From an archaeon (GTDB lineage Archaea; EX4484-52; WAPT01): a stretch of 64,000 nt of DNA. Position numbers and translations under genes: made by a program. Under the pieces are notes generated by a model. That model was not told the origin of the DNA. It made no database searches and was given only the letters and a program-made list of their open reading frames with translations. Location: contig JAPDKB010000002.1 in NCBI GenBank assembly GCA_029258795.1, forward strand, positions 64,001-128,000. The letters are read 5' to 3'. Of this stretch, positions 1 to 9,754 are shown in pieces (the first letter of the stretch is position 1; each line of letters begins with the position of its first letter).

Positions 1-34
1 CACCACCATCATGCTTCATGTTCCTTACGTTCAT

Positions 35-175
35 GCGGGGGTTGCCGAGCCTGGCCAAAGGCGCGGGGCTTAGGACTCCGTGGCTCAGTGCCTGCGTGGG
101 TTCGAAGGCCGCTGTTCGGTGGCTGGGTTTTCAAGTCCGATCTTAACGCGGCCGGAACTCCCACCCCCCGCACCA
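35..175 (+). tRNA. tRNA-Leu(TAG) with a 52-nt T-loop intron (107..158, position 59/60)
   Basis: Acceptor stem GCGGGGG/CCCCCGC plus encoded ACCA; anticodon arm CGGGG-CT TAG GA-CTCCG; long variable arm. The T arm GTGGG TTCGAA^...^T CCCAC is interrupted by a bulge-helix-bulge: TTCG/CGGA helix, AAG and ACT bulges, GCCGC/GCGGC outer helix. Confidence 0.93.
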
Positions 176-244
176 GCCCGAACCAGATTTCTGCCAAGAA
201 TTCACCATTAATTATATAAACGATGAAATCCCCAACCTTTACTC

Positions 245-2284
245 ATGAAGAAAGTACCGATCATGAGCGCTCTTTTAATCTCCGTATTTGTTTTTATCCT
301 ATTTCTCCCAGCATCCCATGCGGTTCAGATAATCATAATCAACGAAACTGAGGAATTCGCGCCAGCAAACCTCGAAAAAATGGTTATCAGTGGCGATCTA
401 TTTGAGGGCATGCTGTATTTTAGCGCAGAAGGTTATGCGGCTGAAACCGGAGGGAAGGCAAAGGTTTACATAGCAGGAAAGCCCTCCGACATTCTTGTTG
501 AAAGCGTGACAATCAACGGAAATGAAGGAAAGGTGTTTTTTGACGAGCGGGGGTATTTTGTGGTTGTTGATACGCCCTCCTTCCATCTTGAAGGCAGGAT
601 AAAAGTGAGGAGCGGCGATAACATTCTGTTTTTCCCCGGACCAATAAACAAGCTGGAGTTCCGGCTTAAACATGGCTATGCGATAAACGGTCCGGAGTTT
701 TACGGTGTGGTGAACAAGACAATCACCCTCAAGAAAACTTTCGTGGAAAGGTACATCTCTGTTACTGGCTCTGGCAAGATAACTGTCGAAAGCACAAATA
801 CTGTAAGGTTCAAGTACGTGTTCGAGGTTGCGGGATATGGAGGGGTTATAGGCACGCTATCAATACCTCTGAACAACGGCGAGCTTGTTAACATCATTGA
901 CGTGGATAACTGCGCTGGTTCCAGCTGGAACAAGAACGAGGAAGGCATAACCTTCCAGCTGCCGTGCGAGAAGGCAATAATCACGCTGGAAGGTGTGTTC
1001 TCCTGCGGGGAATGCAATTCTATCCGCTTCACAAACCCGATAGACAGCTATATGAAAGTGATTGTGGAGGCAGTGCCGGAAAAGAAGCTCACAATCAGGA
1101 CATATGCAACGGAGCTGGATGTGAGTGAAGCACCATTTCCCATGCAATATCCTAACGGCAGGGTCTTTCTGCTCAGCGGGCATCAAGCCATGACTATTGA
1201 GGTTGAGGAGCTTGAGAAACTTCCTGCTCTTGCCGCAACTATTGATAGGGCAAAATGTACGCAAGCCATAAATAAGGATGGTGCTGCACTGACGAGTTGC
1301 GAGTACCGCTACAAGAACAGCGGTATGGATTTCATAAAGTTTGAGCTGGAAGGCACGCCATTATATGCTGAAGCTAACGATAAGTCGCTCAGGCTTACGG
1401 TTGAAGATGATGACCTTTATCTCGCTTTTCCGAAGAGCAGGTATGGAGGAGATATGGAAATCATGTATTTCACGAGCATGTCAAGAATTCTACCTATTGA
1501 TTTGATCAGCTTGCCCATCCCATCCACAGAAGTTCCAACAACCGAAATGGCTGTCGATGTTTACCTGCCCAAGGACGTTTACGTTCTGGCAGCTTTTGGA
1601 GGGGACAGATTTACAAGCGAGCTTCCTGCTCTTGAGTTTGTTGTGGCGTTCACCATAGCAGTGCTTCTTGTTGGACTCGCGCTGTGGAACGATAAGAGGA
1701 AGCTTCTCATGTTTTATGTCGTTTCCGCAGCCATATACTTCATCTCCCAGCAGCTCTTCCTGATATGGCTTGCAATCTGCCTGCTTCCGTTTGTTAAGCG
1801 CAACCTGCCGACGGAGGAAATAAAGAAGACGTGGAGGGTTATAAAGTTTCTTCTTGCTACGGGAATTGTCATAGCTGCTCTGTTTTTCGTTATTTCATGG
1901 CTGTTTTCCGGAACGGGTAGCTATATGGCAGCTAAGCAAGAAGCGGCAGTGTATAAAGCTACAGGTGAGCGATTCATTGGAAATATGCCGGTGGTGGAGG
2001 AGAAGAGTGTGCAGCTTGGCGAGGAGGGTAAGGGAACAATAACCATACAGCTGAAGGAGGGAATAAAGCCGGTGAAGATGGAGATACCGCAGCTGGGTAA
2101 GGTTGTCTCGCTGCACCGCGCTCTTGTGACAGCGGAAAGACCGGCAAGCTTTAAGCTGGTTGTGATTGACAGGCTTGTGATCTACATGTTGCTGCTGGTA
2201 GCTCTCTATTTCTTCCTCAAACTGCTTCCCGATCTCAAGAAAGCGTACATCGATGCATTTCCCTCTCTCAGAAAAATAAGGTGA
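245..2284 (+). CDS. Large exported/membrane protein of unknown function
   Basis: 679-aa ORF with an N-terminal signal peptide, a beta-rich middle region and several C-terminal hydrophobic helices; TATA-like tract upstream. Confidence 0.75.
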   Translation: MKKVPIMSALLISVFVFILFLPASHAVQIIIINETEEFAPANLEKMVISGDLFEGMLYFSAEGYAAETGGKAKVYIAGKPSDILVESVTINGNEGKVFFDERGYFVVVDTPSFHLEGRIKVRSGDNILFFPGPINKLEFRLKHGYAINGPEFYGVVNKTITLKKTFVERYISVTGSGKITVESTNTVRFKYVFEVAGYGGVIGTLSIPLNNGELVNIIDVDNCAGSSWNKNEEGITFQLPCEKAIITLEGVFSCGECNSIRFTNPIDSYMKVIVEAVPEKKLTIRTYATELDVSEAPFPMQYPNGRVFLLSGHQAMTIEVEELEKLPALAATIDRAKCTQAINKDGAALTSCEYRYKNSGMDFIKFELEGTPLYAEANDKSLRLTVEDDDLYLAFPKSRYGGDMEIMYFTSMSRILPIDLISLPIPSTEVPTTEMAVDVYLPKDVYVLAAFGGDRFTSELPALEFVVAFTIAVLLVGLALWNDKRKLLMFYVVSAAIYFISQQLFLIWLAICLLPFVKRNLPTEEIKKTWRVIKFLLATGIVIAALFFVISWLFSGTGSYMAAKQEAAVYKATGERFIGNMPVVEEKSVQLGEEGKGTITIQLKEGIKPVKMEIPQLGKVVSLHRALVTAERPASFKLVVIDRLVIYMLLLVALYFFLKLLPDLKKAYIDAFPSLRKIR

Positions 2285-2287
2285 TCT

Positions 2288-3454
2288 TCACTGCTCTCTC
2301 TTGCTCCCGATCGTCACCAGCTCCGTGTTTTCAAGCGCTTTTTCCACAAGCCCTTCAACATCCATATTCTCCTCTATTCTCTTCACAACCTCCAGCTTTG
2401 CCCTTGTTTCGGGATGCTTCGCTATCATGAACGAGCAGCAATCGGGATATGGTTGAATTGAAATTTCGTACGTGCCGATCCTTTTTGCAAGATCTATGGT
2501 TTCCTCCTTGTCAAAGCCAGCTAGCGGTGTGAGCACGGGCATGCCTGTAGCTTCATAAATCGCTGCAAGATTGTCCAGAGTTTGCGATGCTACCTGCGCC
2601 ACATTGTCTCCGGTGACAAGCGCGTTTGCTCCCTCCTTTCTCGCTATTTTTTCACCTATCCTCATCATGAACCGCCTGTAGATTATCATTCTGTAGGAGG
2701 CGGGCACAACCTTTATTATCTCGCGCTGCACATCTCCAAAATTCACCATGTAGAGCTTGCTCTCGCCCTGAAATTCTGCAAGCACCCTCACAATGCTCTC
2801 GATCTTCTTCCTCACCTCCCTGCTGTGCAGCGTTTCATTGAAGAAATGGACAAAAACAATTTTGCATCCGCGTTTCATGAGAAGGAATGATGCAACAGGG
2901 CTGTCTATACCGCCTGAAAGCAGGGACACCACCCTGCCGGAAACGCTGACCGGCAGACCGCCAACACCCTCAATTCTTTCCGTGTAGATGTACGCTTCCT
3001 TCTCACATATCTCGATGTGCACCACAACATCCGGCTCTTTCATCTTCACCTTCTTGCCCAGCTTCTCCACCACCACACTCCCAACCATTCTGTTGATCTC
3101 CATCGAGTTGTATGGAAAGGATTTGTTTGAGCGTGATGCCGCTATCTTGAACGTGCTGAACTTCATGTCCTGGAGAATGGCTACTGCAGCTTTCTTGATC
3201 GCCTCGATATCCAGCTTGCAAACCCTTGCCAGCGCGAAATATCTTATGCCCGGAGTTTTGCTGAGCTTCTCCGCAATTTCATCAGCCTTGCTTTCATCTC
3301 TAATCTCCACTATTATCCTTCCAAACCTTCTCCTTGCCAGCGCGCCGGCCCCCTTCACCTTCCTGTTGATGTTCTCCACCAGCTTTTTCTCAAAGAATTC
3401 CCTGTTCTCTCCTTTCAACCCTATTTCGGAATAATGCACAACAAAAACCTTCAT
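2288..3454 (-). CDS. thiI: tRNA 4-thiouridine(8) synthase ThiI (no rhodanese domain)
   Basis: N-terminal YSEIGLKGENR, THUMP domain, PP-loop SGGIDSPVA, GDNVAQVASQTL and PDCC motifs. Confidence 0.95.
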   Translation of the reverse strand: MKVFVVHYSEIGLKGENREFFEKKLVENINRKVKGAGALARRRFGRIIVEIRDESKADEIAEKLSKTPGIRYFALARVCKLDIEAIKKAAVAILQDMKFSTFKIAASRSNKSFPYNSMEINRMVGSVVVEKLGKKVKMKEPDVVVHIEICEKEAYIYTERIEGVGGLPVSVSGRVVSLLSGGIDSPVASFLLMKRGCKIVFVHFFNETLHSREVRKKIESIVRVLAEFQGESKLYMVNFGDVQREIIKVVPASYRMIIYRRFMMRIGEKIARKEGANALVTGDNVAQVASQTLDNLAAIYEATGMPVLTPLAGFDKEETIDLAKRIGTYEISIQPYPDCCSFMIAKHPETRAKLEVVKRIEENMDVEGLVEKALENTELVTIGSKREQ

Positions 3455-3500
3455 GGAGAAAAAGTATTGTGAGGAAAGGTTAAAAAGGATGAACCCGGGT

Positions 3501-4082
3501 TTACTTGCCCCTGCCCTGATTTGCTCTTATGCTCGGCCTTACCTTCTCAGCACCTTTACCCTTGTTTCTCAATCCTCTGGCTTTCTTGCCCGCTGAGGTC
3601 AGCCCTCTAAACACCCTGCCTTTGTGCGCCTTTCCCGCTATCCATCCGAGCTGTTCATCGTTCTTTATGGCCGGATGGTGTGGGTCGAGCATTATCACCT
3701 CATACCACACGTACTGTCCGTCCTCCCCCACATAATAGCTGTTCAGAACTTCGAGGTTTGGATAGTGCCTTGCTGCCCTCTCCTCAGCTATCCACTGCAA
3801 GCTTTTCTTCGGACTGAACAGAACGAAACCGTATCTCTTTGGTCTCCTACCCTGCCTGTGTCTCGGCCTCTCTCTTCCACCCCTCTTAACACGTACCCTG
3901 ACAACAACCACACCCTGCTTTGCTTTATAGCCGAGCGATCTTGCCCTGTCTATTCTTGTGGGTCTCTCAACTCTAACCACGGCAGGTTCTCTCCTCCACT
4001 TTATCAATCTCTCCTGCCATAGCTTGCCCAAGCTTTCCTTCGGTCTCTTCCACAGGGTTCTGACGTACTGGTACATGCCCAT
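3501..4082 (-). CDS. rpl15e: 50S ribosomal protein L15e
   Basis: [32 protein letters not shown] and [12 protein letters not shown] motifs. Confidence 0.98.
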   Translation of the reverse strand: MGMYQYVRTLWKRPKESLGKLWQERLIKWRREPAVVRVERPTRIDRARSLGYKAKQGVVVVRVRVKRGGRERPRHRQGRRPKRYGFVLFSPKKSLQWIAEERAARHYPNLEVLNSYYVGEDGQYVWYEVIMLDPHHPAIKNDEQLGWIAGKAHKGRVFRGLTSAGKKARGLRNKGKGAEKVRPSIRANQGRGK

Positions 4083-4183
4083 AGAACATCACTCCATAAA
4101 CAACTGACAAACTTTCTTCATCCTCCGCAACATTTATATATTTAACTGCGCCGACTTCGTGAAGCAGTATGCCCTATACTCAA

Positions 4184-4531
4184 TCACTTTTTCTTGGAAG
4201 AGGTGCTTTTCTTCTTGGTTGTGCTTTTTGCTTTGGTTGCTGTTTTCTTTGTTTTCTTCTCCCCAACCTCGGCTTCAACCTCCTCCAGCTCGGCTTCTTC
4301 TTCCTCCAGCAGCTTGTTCATCTTGTAATCATCCCACGCTATCCACGCTACAAGCATGCCCATGAAGAACAGGAATGCTCCGAAGACGCCCTCAAACACT
4401 ATCTTGAGGCTTTTCCAGAGTGCCGCTCCAAAGTACGGGATGTTACCGATATACCAATAGATGCCAGCAGCCATCAGCAGGATACCTATGACCATCTTAA
4501 CTCCATTGTTCATCCGACCACCTCTAAGCAT
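4184..4531 (-). CDS. Small two-TM membrane protein with acidic then Lys/Thr-rich tail
   Basis: Two hydrophobic helices followed by EEEEAELEE and KKTKKTATKAK; GAGGTGG RBS before the ATG near 4513. Confidence 0.7.
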   Translation of the reverse strand: MLRGGRMNNGVKMVIGILLMAAGIYWYIGNIPYFGAALWKSLKIVFEGVFGAFLFFMGMLVAWIAWDDYKMNKLLEEEEAELEEVEAEVGEKKTKKTATKAKSTTKKKSTSSKKK

Positions 4532-4684
4532 TTTTCCAGCTTTTCTGAAATTAGCGAGGGAAATTTTAAAAATCTACCAACCGCGCTCAAAAGGTCAGAG
4601 AAACGGGGAGAGTGTAAGCTGGGTTTTCCTTTCGGCATCCATGTTCTGCTAACCTTAAAAATGTTCCCTCTGCAGTTTTTCAAC

Positions 4685-6571
4685 ATGCGCTTCTTCCCGT
4701 TCTCAACGATCAGGCCCGGACAAAAGGATATGGTGGAAGCTGTAAGGGATGCGTGCGAGCAGGGGAAAGTTCTGCTGGTGCACGCTCCAACCGGAATAGG
4801 AAAGACCGCAGCTTCGCTTGCTCCTTCCTTGGAATATGCGGTGGAGCATGACAAGAGAGTTGTGTTTTTAACTCCGAGGCACACGCAGCACAAGATAGCT
4901 ATTGATACAGTCAGAAGGATAAATGCTCGTGCCAACGTGAATCTGAAAGTTGTGGATGTGATCGGTAAGAAGTGGCTTTGCAGGATGGAGGGAATAGAAA
5001 AGCTGAGCTCCGCTGAGTTCAACGAGTACTGCAGAGCTCTGAAGAGAAACGAGGCCTGCCCTTTTTACAACAACACGTGGAACAGGAGAAGTGGAGGGCT
5101 TACCAAGAAAGCTGAGGCCATGATAAAAAGCGTGAGGAGAGATGTACTCTATGCGGAAGAGGTCTATGAACTTTGCGATGACCTGTGCCCCTATGAGATC
5201 CTCATGCAGGCAGCCAGAAATGCCAACCTGCTGATAGGAGACTATTATCATATCTTCCATGAAAGAATAAGGAAGAGCTTCCTCGGCAGGAGCAACACGA
5301 AGCTGGAGGATGTTGTTCTTGTGGTGGATGAAGCGCACAACTTGCCAGCAAGGATAAGGGAACTCATGTCATCATCAACAAGCCTGCTTGCAATGAAAAG
5401 AGCTGAGAGAGAAGCGGAGGTTTTTGGCTACGACGATCTGGCCGAGATCATAGCCACAATCAGAACGCATGTGAAAAAGAAGCTGAAGGAAAAGCTGGAG
5501 AAATCCGGAACACCTCAGCTTTACGTTGGAAGAAGTTTGCTGCTCGATGCAGCTGAAAATAGTGGTGCTGATCTGGAAGAGCTGCTGGACTACATGGAGG
5601 AGGTGGCTGACGAGGTCAGGGAGGAGAAAAAGCGCTCATATGTTGGCGGGTTTGCATCATTTTTGAGGAGGTGGAAGGATGAAGCTCCAATCTACTGCAG
5701 AATAGCGGAGAAGAAGCTGACCAGAAAGGGCAGAACCAACTATGTTCTCACGCTTCACTGCCTTGACCCCGCTCCCATTGCCTCGGAGGTGTTTAAGGAA
5801 GCGCATGCCACAATTCTCATGTCCGGCACCTTGCTCCCGCTTGAAATGTATGCAGATGTGCTCGGCGCAACGGAACTTGATGCAGTCAGATTGAAACTGA
5901 GGTCGCACTTTCCGCGCAGCAACAAGCTTGAGATCGTGGTGGATGATGTTACAACCCAGTACAACAGAAGGGAGGAAAGGAACTTCGAGAAAATAGCGAA
6001 ATACATCATTTCAGTAGTTAATGCCACTCCTGACAACGTTTGCGTTTTCTTCCCGAGCTATGAGCTCCGCGACACCATCGCAAGAATGGTTGAGCTCTCG
6101 CTTGAAAAGAAGGTGCTTCTGGAGAAGCAGGGGATGAGCAAGAGCAGGAAAGCGCAGCTATTCCATGAGTTTGTAAGCGCAGCTGAGCAGGGAGGAGCAT
6201 GCCTGCTTGGTGTGATGGGTGGCAGCTTCGATCAGGGTGTTGACTTTCCGAACAACGTGGTGAAGTGTGTTATCGTGGTGGGGCTGCCACTCGAAAAACC
6301 GGATTTGCTGACCGAAGCGATGATAAACTACTATGATGCTAAATTTGGCAAGGGATGGGATTATGCCTACACCTATCCCGCAGTCATAAAAGCGCAGCAA
6401 GCAGCTGGAAGAGCCATAAGGAGTGAGAAGGATAAAGCGGTTGTGGTTTATATGGACAAGCGTTATCTCTGGGCAAACTACAGAAAGTGCTTCCCTGCTG
6501 AAACAAGATTCATAGTGTCAAGAAATCCAGCAGAGCTCATAAAAAGGTTCTTCTCGGATAGCAAGAAGTGA
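4685..6571 (+). CDS. xpd: XPD/Rad3-type FeS DNA helicase
   Basis: RPGQ Q-motif, APTGIGKT, Cys ligands (C...C...ACPFY...CPYE), DEAHN, MSGTL and QAAGRAIR. Start reassigned to ATG 4685. Confidence 0.92.
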   Translation: MRFFPFSTIRPGQKDMVEAVRDACEQGKVLLVHAPTGIGKTAASLAPSLEYAVEHDKRVVFLTPRHTQHKIAIDTVRRINARANVNLKVVDVIGKKWLCRMEGIEKLSSAEFNEYCRALKRNEACPFYNNTWNRRSGGLTKKAEAMIKSVRRDVLYAEEVYELCDDLCPYEILMQAARNANLLIGDYYHIFHERIRKSFLGRSNTKLEDVVLVVDEAHNLPARIRELMSSSTSLLAMKRAEREAEVFGYDDLAEIIATIRTHVKKKLKEKLEKSGTPQLYVGRSLLLDAAENSGADLEELLDYMEEVADEVREEKKRSYVGGFASFLRRWKDEAPIYCRIAEKKLTRKGRTNYVLTLHCLDPAPIASEVFKEAHATILMSGTLLPLEMYADVLGATELDAVRLKLRSHFPRSNKLEIVVDDVTTQYNRREERNFEKIAKYIISVVNATPDNVCVFFPSYELRDTIARMVELSLEKKVLLEKQGMSKSRKAQLFHEFVSAAEQGGACLLGVMGGSFDQGVDFPNNVVKCVIVVGLPLEKPDLLTEAMINYYDAKFGKGWDYAYTYPAVIKAQQAAGRAIRSEKDKAVVVYMDKRYLWANYRKCFPAETRFIVSRNPAELIKRFFSDSKK

Positions 6572-6884
6572 AGCCAAAAATCCTGTATTCCACACTCCTA
6601 CGAAGCAACCGTTCTTTCCTACTAATTTTCAATTCTTCCTCCATAGCCCTCCTCAAACATTCCATTGATGCGTGAAGATAATTAATGCGATATTTTAGCT
6701 TTTCTCGTGGAGTGTTCTGGGCGAGCTCATGAAAGCAGTCACTTAACCATTTCCAGCCATCTGGATCGTCGGGATGTTCGTCAACATACTTAAGAAAAAG
6801 GTCTTTTGCCGCTTTGTAATTCCCCTCAGCATAAAGCTGCTTTGCTATGTGGTAAGGCGAGGTTATCTCTCTTATCTCAGCCAT
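6537..6884 (-). CDS. TPR-like helical protein
   Basis: AKQLYAEGNYKAAKDLFLKYVDEHPDDPDGWKWLSDCF fits a TPR pattern. Confidence 0.65.
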   Translation of the reverse strand: MAEIREITSPYHIAKQLYAEGNYKAAKDLFLKYVDEHPDDPDGWKWLSDCFHELAQNTPREKLKYRINYLHASMECLRRAMEEELKISRKERLLRRSVEYRIFGFTSCYPRRTFL

Positions 6885-7022
6885 GAAAATGAAGTAAAAA
6901 TCCGCAAGTTTTAAATTTTCAACAGATATGTTTGGAATAACAGAGTTTTCTTCGCCATCTCCTACCCAAATTCTCTCGCGTTTTCAAAAATTTTGATGGA
7001 CGTTATGAATAACCTTTTTAAA

Positions 7023-7044
7023 ATTATGAACATATGTTCATAAT
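7023..7044. promoter_or_regulatory. Perfect 22-bp palindromic operator between TATA box and DUF134 start codon
   Basis: ATTATGAACATATGTTCATAAT is its own reverse complement; TTTTTAAA lies immediately upstream and the ATG is at 7045. Confidence 0.75.
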
Positions 7045-7467
7045 ATGCCCCGCAGGAAGAAGTGCAGGATGATAGGAGAGATGCCAGGAGTGCTGTTCTT
7101 CAAGCCACGTGGCATTCCAACGAGCGATTTGGAAATTGTGGAACTTAGCATGGATGAACTTGAGGCCATCAAGCTGAAGGACATGGTGGGGCTGGATCAG
7201 GAGGAATGCGCAGAAAAGATGGGCATCTCAAGACCAACATTTCATCGCATACTCACAAAAGCGAGGAGGAAAATTGCCGATGCGATGATCAACGGCAAGG
7301 CAATAAAGCTGGATGAAAATGTGAAGCTCATCAACGCGAGAAGATTCAGATGCAGAAACTGTATGCACGAATTCACCATACCGCACGGCAGGAGAGTCGT
7401 GGATGTTACTTGTCCATCCTGCGGGAGCGGCGAGTTTGAATCACTTCACAAAATTGTATGGGGGTGA
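7045..7467 (+). CDS. DUF134 (UPF0251) HTH DNA-binding protein with C-terminal Zn ribbon
   Basis: MPRRKKCRMI, FKPRG, ELEAIKLKD, MGISRPTFHRILTKARRKIA; CxxC...CPxC tail. Confidence 0.9.
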   Translation: MPRRKKCRMIGEMPGVLFFKPRGIPTSDLEIVELSMDELEAIKLKDMVGLDQEECAEKMGISRPTFHRILTKARRKIADAMINGKAIKLDENVKLINARRFRCRNCMHEFTIPHGRRVVDVTCPSCGSGEFESLHKIVWG

Positions 7468-7473
7468 TGTTTT

Positions 7474-7698
7474 ATGCCTTGGGGGAGAGGTCTTGGAAGA
7501 ATGCGCGGATGGAGATGTTTTGGTAGAGGATGGAATTTCGCTTTCTGGAGGGGGAGGGGTAGAGGAATGAGAGCTGGACCTCCGGCTAAATGTGTTTGTC
7601 CTAACTGCGGATATGAGGTGGTGCATGTTAGGGGCAGGCCATGTTCATCAGAAATCTGTCCCAAGTGCGGCAGCAGGATGGTTGGGAAGTGGGAGTAA
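7474..7698 (+). CDS. Small Gly/Arg/Trp-rich protein with Cys-rich Zn/FeS finger
   Basis: GRG repeats followed by CVCPNCG...GRPC...CPKCG; GGTGA RBS; in-operon position. Confidence 0.75.
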   Translation: MPWGRGLGRMRGWRCFGRGWNFAFWRGRGRGMRAGPPAKCVCPNCGYEVVHVRGRPCSSEICPKCGSRMVGKWE

Positions 7699-7717
7699 AT
7701 TTTGGGGGTGAGGTTAC

Positions 7718-8137
7718 ATGAAAATCTGTGTTCCAGCAACAGGAGAGGGTCTTGAGGTAAGGATATGTCCTGTATTTGGCAGAGCACCTTACTTTGTTTT
7801 TGTGGAGGTGGATGATGGAGGAAACATAACCTCATGGAACGCGGAAAAGAACCCAGCCGAGTATGCGAGGGGTGGTGCGGGCATAATGGCATCCCAGAAG
7901 GTGGTGGATGCTGGCTGTGATGCACTCATAACCATTTCAATCGGGCCTAAAGCCTATGATGTGCTGAGAGCATCGGGAGTGAAGGTTTATGCCGGGGTGG
8001 AGGCATCGGTAAAGGATAATGTTGAAAAGCTGGTTAGAAACGAGCTGAGCGAGATGGTTGAAGCTGTGCCTGGAAGGTTCGGAAGAGGATGGAGAGGAGT
8101 AAGGGGCTTTGGAGCAGGGAGAGGGTGGAGATGGTGA
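7718..8137 (+). CDS. NifB/NifX (COG1433) family protein with RG-rich tail
   Basis: MKICVPA, FGRAPYF, GGAGI and IGPKAYDVL motifs. Confidence 0.88.
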   Translation: MKICVPATGEGLEVRICPVFGRAPYFVFVEVDDGGNITSWNAEKNPAEYARGGAGIMASQKVVDAGCDALITISIGPKAYDVLRASGVKVYAGVEASVKDNVEKLVRNELSEMVEAVPGRFGRGWRGVRGFGAGRGWRW

Positions 8138-9390
8138 AGAACAGACACGCTGCTTTACGTGAGGGAATTAGGGCTATGCGTAACGTTTCCGTAGCTCTAT
8201 TGCTGCTTGCTGCCCTGAAATTTGCAGTTGGAATCATTGCCAACGCTCCCGTGCTTGTAGCGGACTCGCTCCATACCCTTGTGGATCTTTCCGCGGTGCT
8301 TGCCGTGCTTTTAGGCATAAAGCTTGCTACAAGACCTCCCTCGGAAAGGTTTCCGTACGGTTATTACAAGGCCGAATCTCTGGCAGCGCTTTTCGTTTCG
8401 GTAATCATAATGTACGGCGCGTACGAACTGGTTGGTGGGGCATTGCACAGGTGGAAGGAAGGCGCAGCCATCAACATGGTTCCGCTGGCTTCGGTTGTTG
8501 CAGCTATATCTCTGGTGCTCTCTTATATCCTTTCCAAGTATGAGGAAAGGGCAGCATTGCTGACGGGATCGGATGCCATCTCTGCCACCTCAAAAGAAGC
8601 ATTGCTTGACGTCTTTTCTTCGGGCATGGTTCTGGTTTCCATCTTGCTCTCGTCAGCAGGACTTGCGTTCGTTGAAAGCGCAGTTACCATCCTCATCAGC
8701 CTGCTGGTTTTCAAGCTCGCTTTTGAAAATGTGTATTCAAGCATCATGGCTTTGATGGATGTCAGCCCTAGCAGGAAGATGGAGCAAAATGTAAGAAAAG
8801 TTCTGGAGAGCATGCCCGCCATAGTTGGTTATAGGGACATGCGTCTCAGAAAGGCGGGCCCGTTCATATTTGGGGAGGTAACCATAATTACGGATCCAAA
8901 GCTTGATGTCGAAAAAGCCCACAGCATTGCTGACGAGGTTGAGAGGAAAGTTATGGAAGAGGTGCCGCAGATAGAGCATCTTGTGGTGCATCTCGAGCCG
9001 TATGAGAAAGAGAAGTTGAGAGTTATCGTGCCCGTTACAGGGAATGAGGGAATGAATTCAAAACTTGCAGAACACTTCGGAAGGGCTGAAGGGTTCCTCA
9101 TCTTTGAGGTTGAAAAAAAGAAGGGGAAAATGAAATTGCTTGATTTTGTCAAGAACTTGCAAAAACAAAAGAAGGTGAGAGCGGGATTAGCTGCCGCAAA
9201 ACAGCTGCTGAAAAATGTCGAGTTTGATGCAGTCATAACTAAAGAGATGGGAGAGATAGCGTTTCATGTCCTGAAGGATGAGGGTAAGGATGTTTACAGG
9301 GCAAAAGGCTCTACCGCTGAAGAGGCTGTGAAGCTTTTCATGAAGGATGAGCTTGAAAAACTGGATACGCCCACAAAGGAAAAGGAGTGA
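8131..9390 (+). CDS. Cation diffusion facilitator fused to C-terminal NifB/NifX domain
   Basis: ADSLHTLVD, FPYGYYKAE, AHSIADEVE and VHLEP, then HFGRAEGF ... MGEIAF. Start reassigned to ATG 8131. Confidence 0.9.
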   Translation: MVKNRHAALREGIRAMRNVSVALLLLAALKFAVGIIANAPVLVADSLHTLVDLSAVLAVLLGIKLATRPPSERFPYGYYKAESLAALFVSVIIMYGAYELVGGALHRWKEGAAINMVPLASVVAAISLVLSYILSKYEERAALLTGSDAISATSKEALLDVFSSGMVLVSILLSSAGLAFVESAVTILISLLVFKLAFENVYSSIMALMDVSPSRKMEQNVRKVLESMPAIVGYRDMRLRKAGPFIFGEVTIITDPKLDVEKAHSIADEVERKVMEEVPQIEHLVVHLEPYEKEKLRVIVPVTGNEGMNSKLAEHFGRAEGFLIFEVEKKKGKMKLLDFVKNLQKQKKVRAGLAAAKQLLKNVEFDAVITKEMGEIAFHVLKDEGKDVYRAKGSTAEEAVKLFMKDELEKLDTPTKEKE

Positions 9391-9394
9391 GGTG

Positions 9395-9739
9395 ATGCGA
9401 ATGAAAATTGCCATACCGCTTGAGGAAAATAAGGGGGTTGATTCAAGAGTTGCGGAGCACTTCGGAAGGGTGAGATTCTTTCTGATATATGATACGGAAA
9501 GCGGAAGTTTTGAGGTGGTTGATTTTGAGAAGGAGGAGGAAGGAGTCTGCAGCCCTGCGAGCTTTCTCATAGAGAGAGGTGTGCATGCCGTTTATGTGCT
9601 TGGAATGGGTTACAAAGCGAGATGCATGCTTGAGGAAGCAGGCGTGCAGGTTCTCACAGGAGAGTACACGATAGCGAGAGACATCCTCAAAAATCTCGAC
9701 CGCTTGAATAAATTTGAGGGAGGGTGTACTCATCACTGA
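9395..9739 (+). CDS. NifB/NifX family protein
   Basis: MKIAIP, HFGRVRFF and GMGYKA motifs, GGCTHH tail; GAGGTGA RBS. Confidence 0.85.
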   Translation: MRMKIAIPLEENKGVDSRVAEHFGRVRFFLIYDTESGSFEVVDFEKEEEGVCSPASFLIERGVHAVYVLGMGYKARCMLEEAGVQVLTGEYTIARDILKNLDRLNKFEGGCTHH

Positions 9740-9754
9740 AGTGGAAAGTGCGGT

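Noticed and set aside
9-197. Short ORFs over RNA genes (9..197, 21997..22218, 27127..27387, 27776..28423, 28275..28457, 60091..60288)
   Set aside because: They overlap tRNA or SRP RNA genes and are GC-rich shadow frames.
4169-4684. N-terminal 172-aa extension of the 800-aa helicase ORF
   Set aside because: It overlaps the opposite-strand membrane gene and an intergenic promoter region; XPD homology begins at MRFFPF (4685).
7718-9739. Nitrogen fixation inferred from NifB/NifX and NifS/NifU-like genes
   Set aside because: No nifH, nifD or nifK; these families are widespread in non-diazotrophs.
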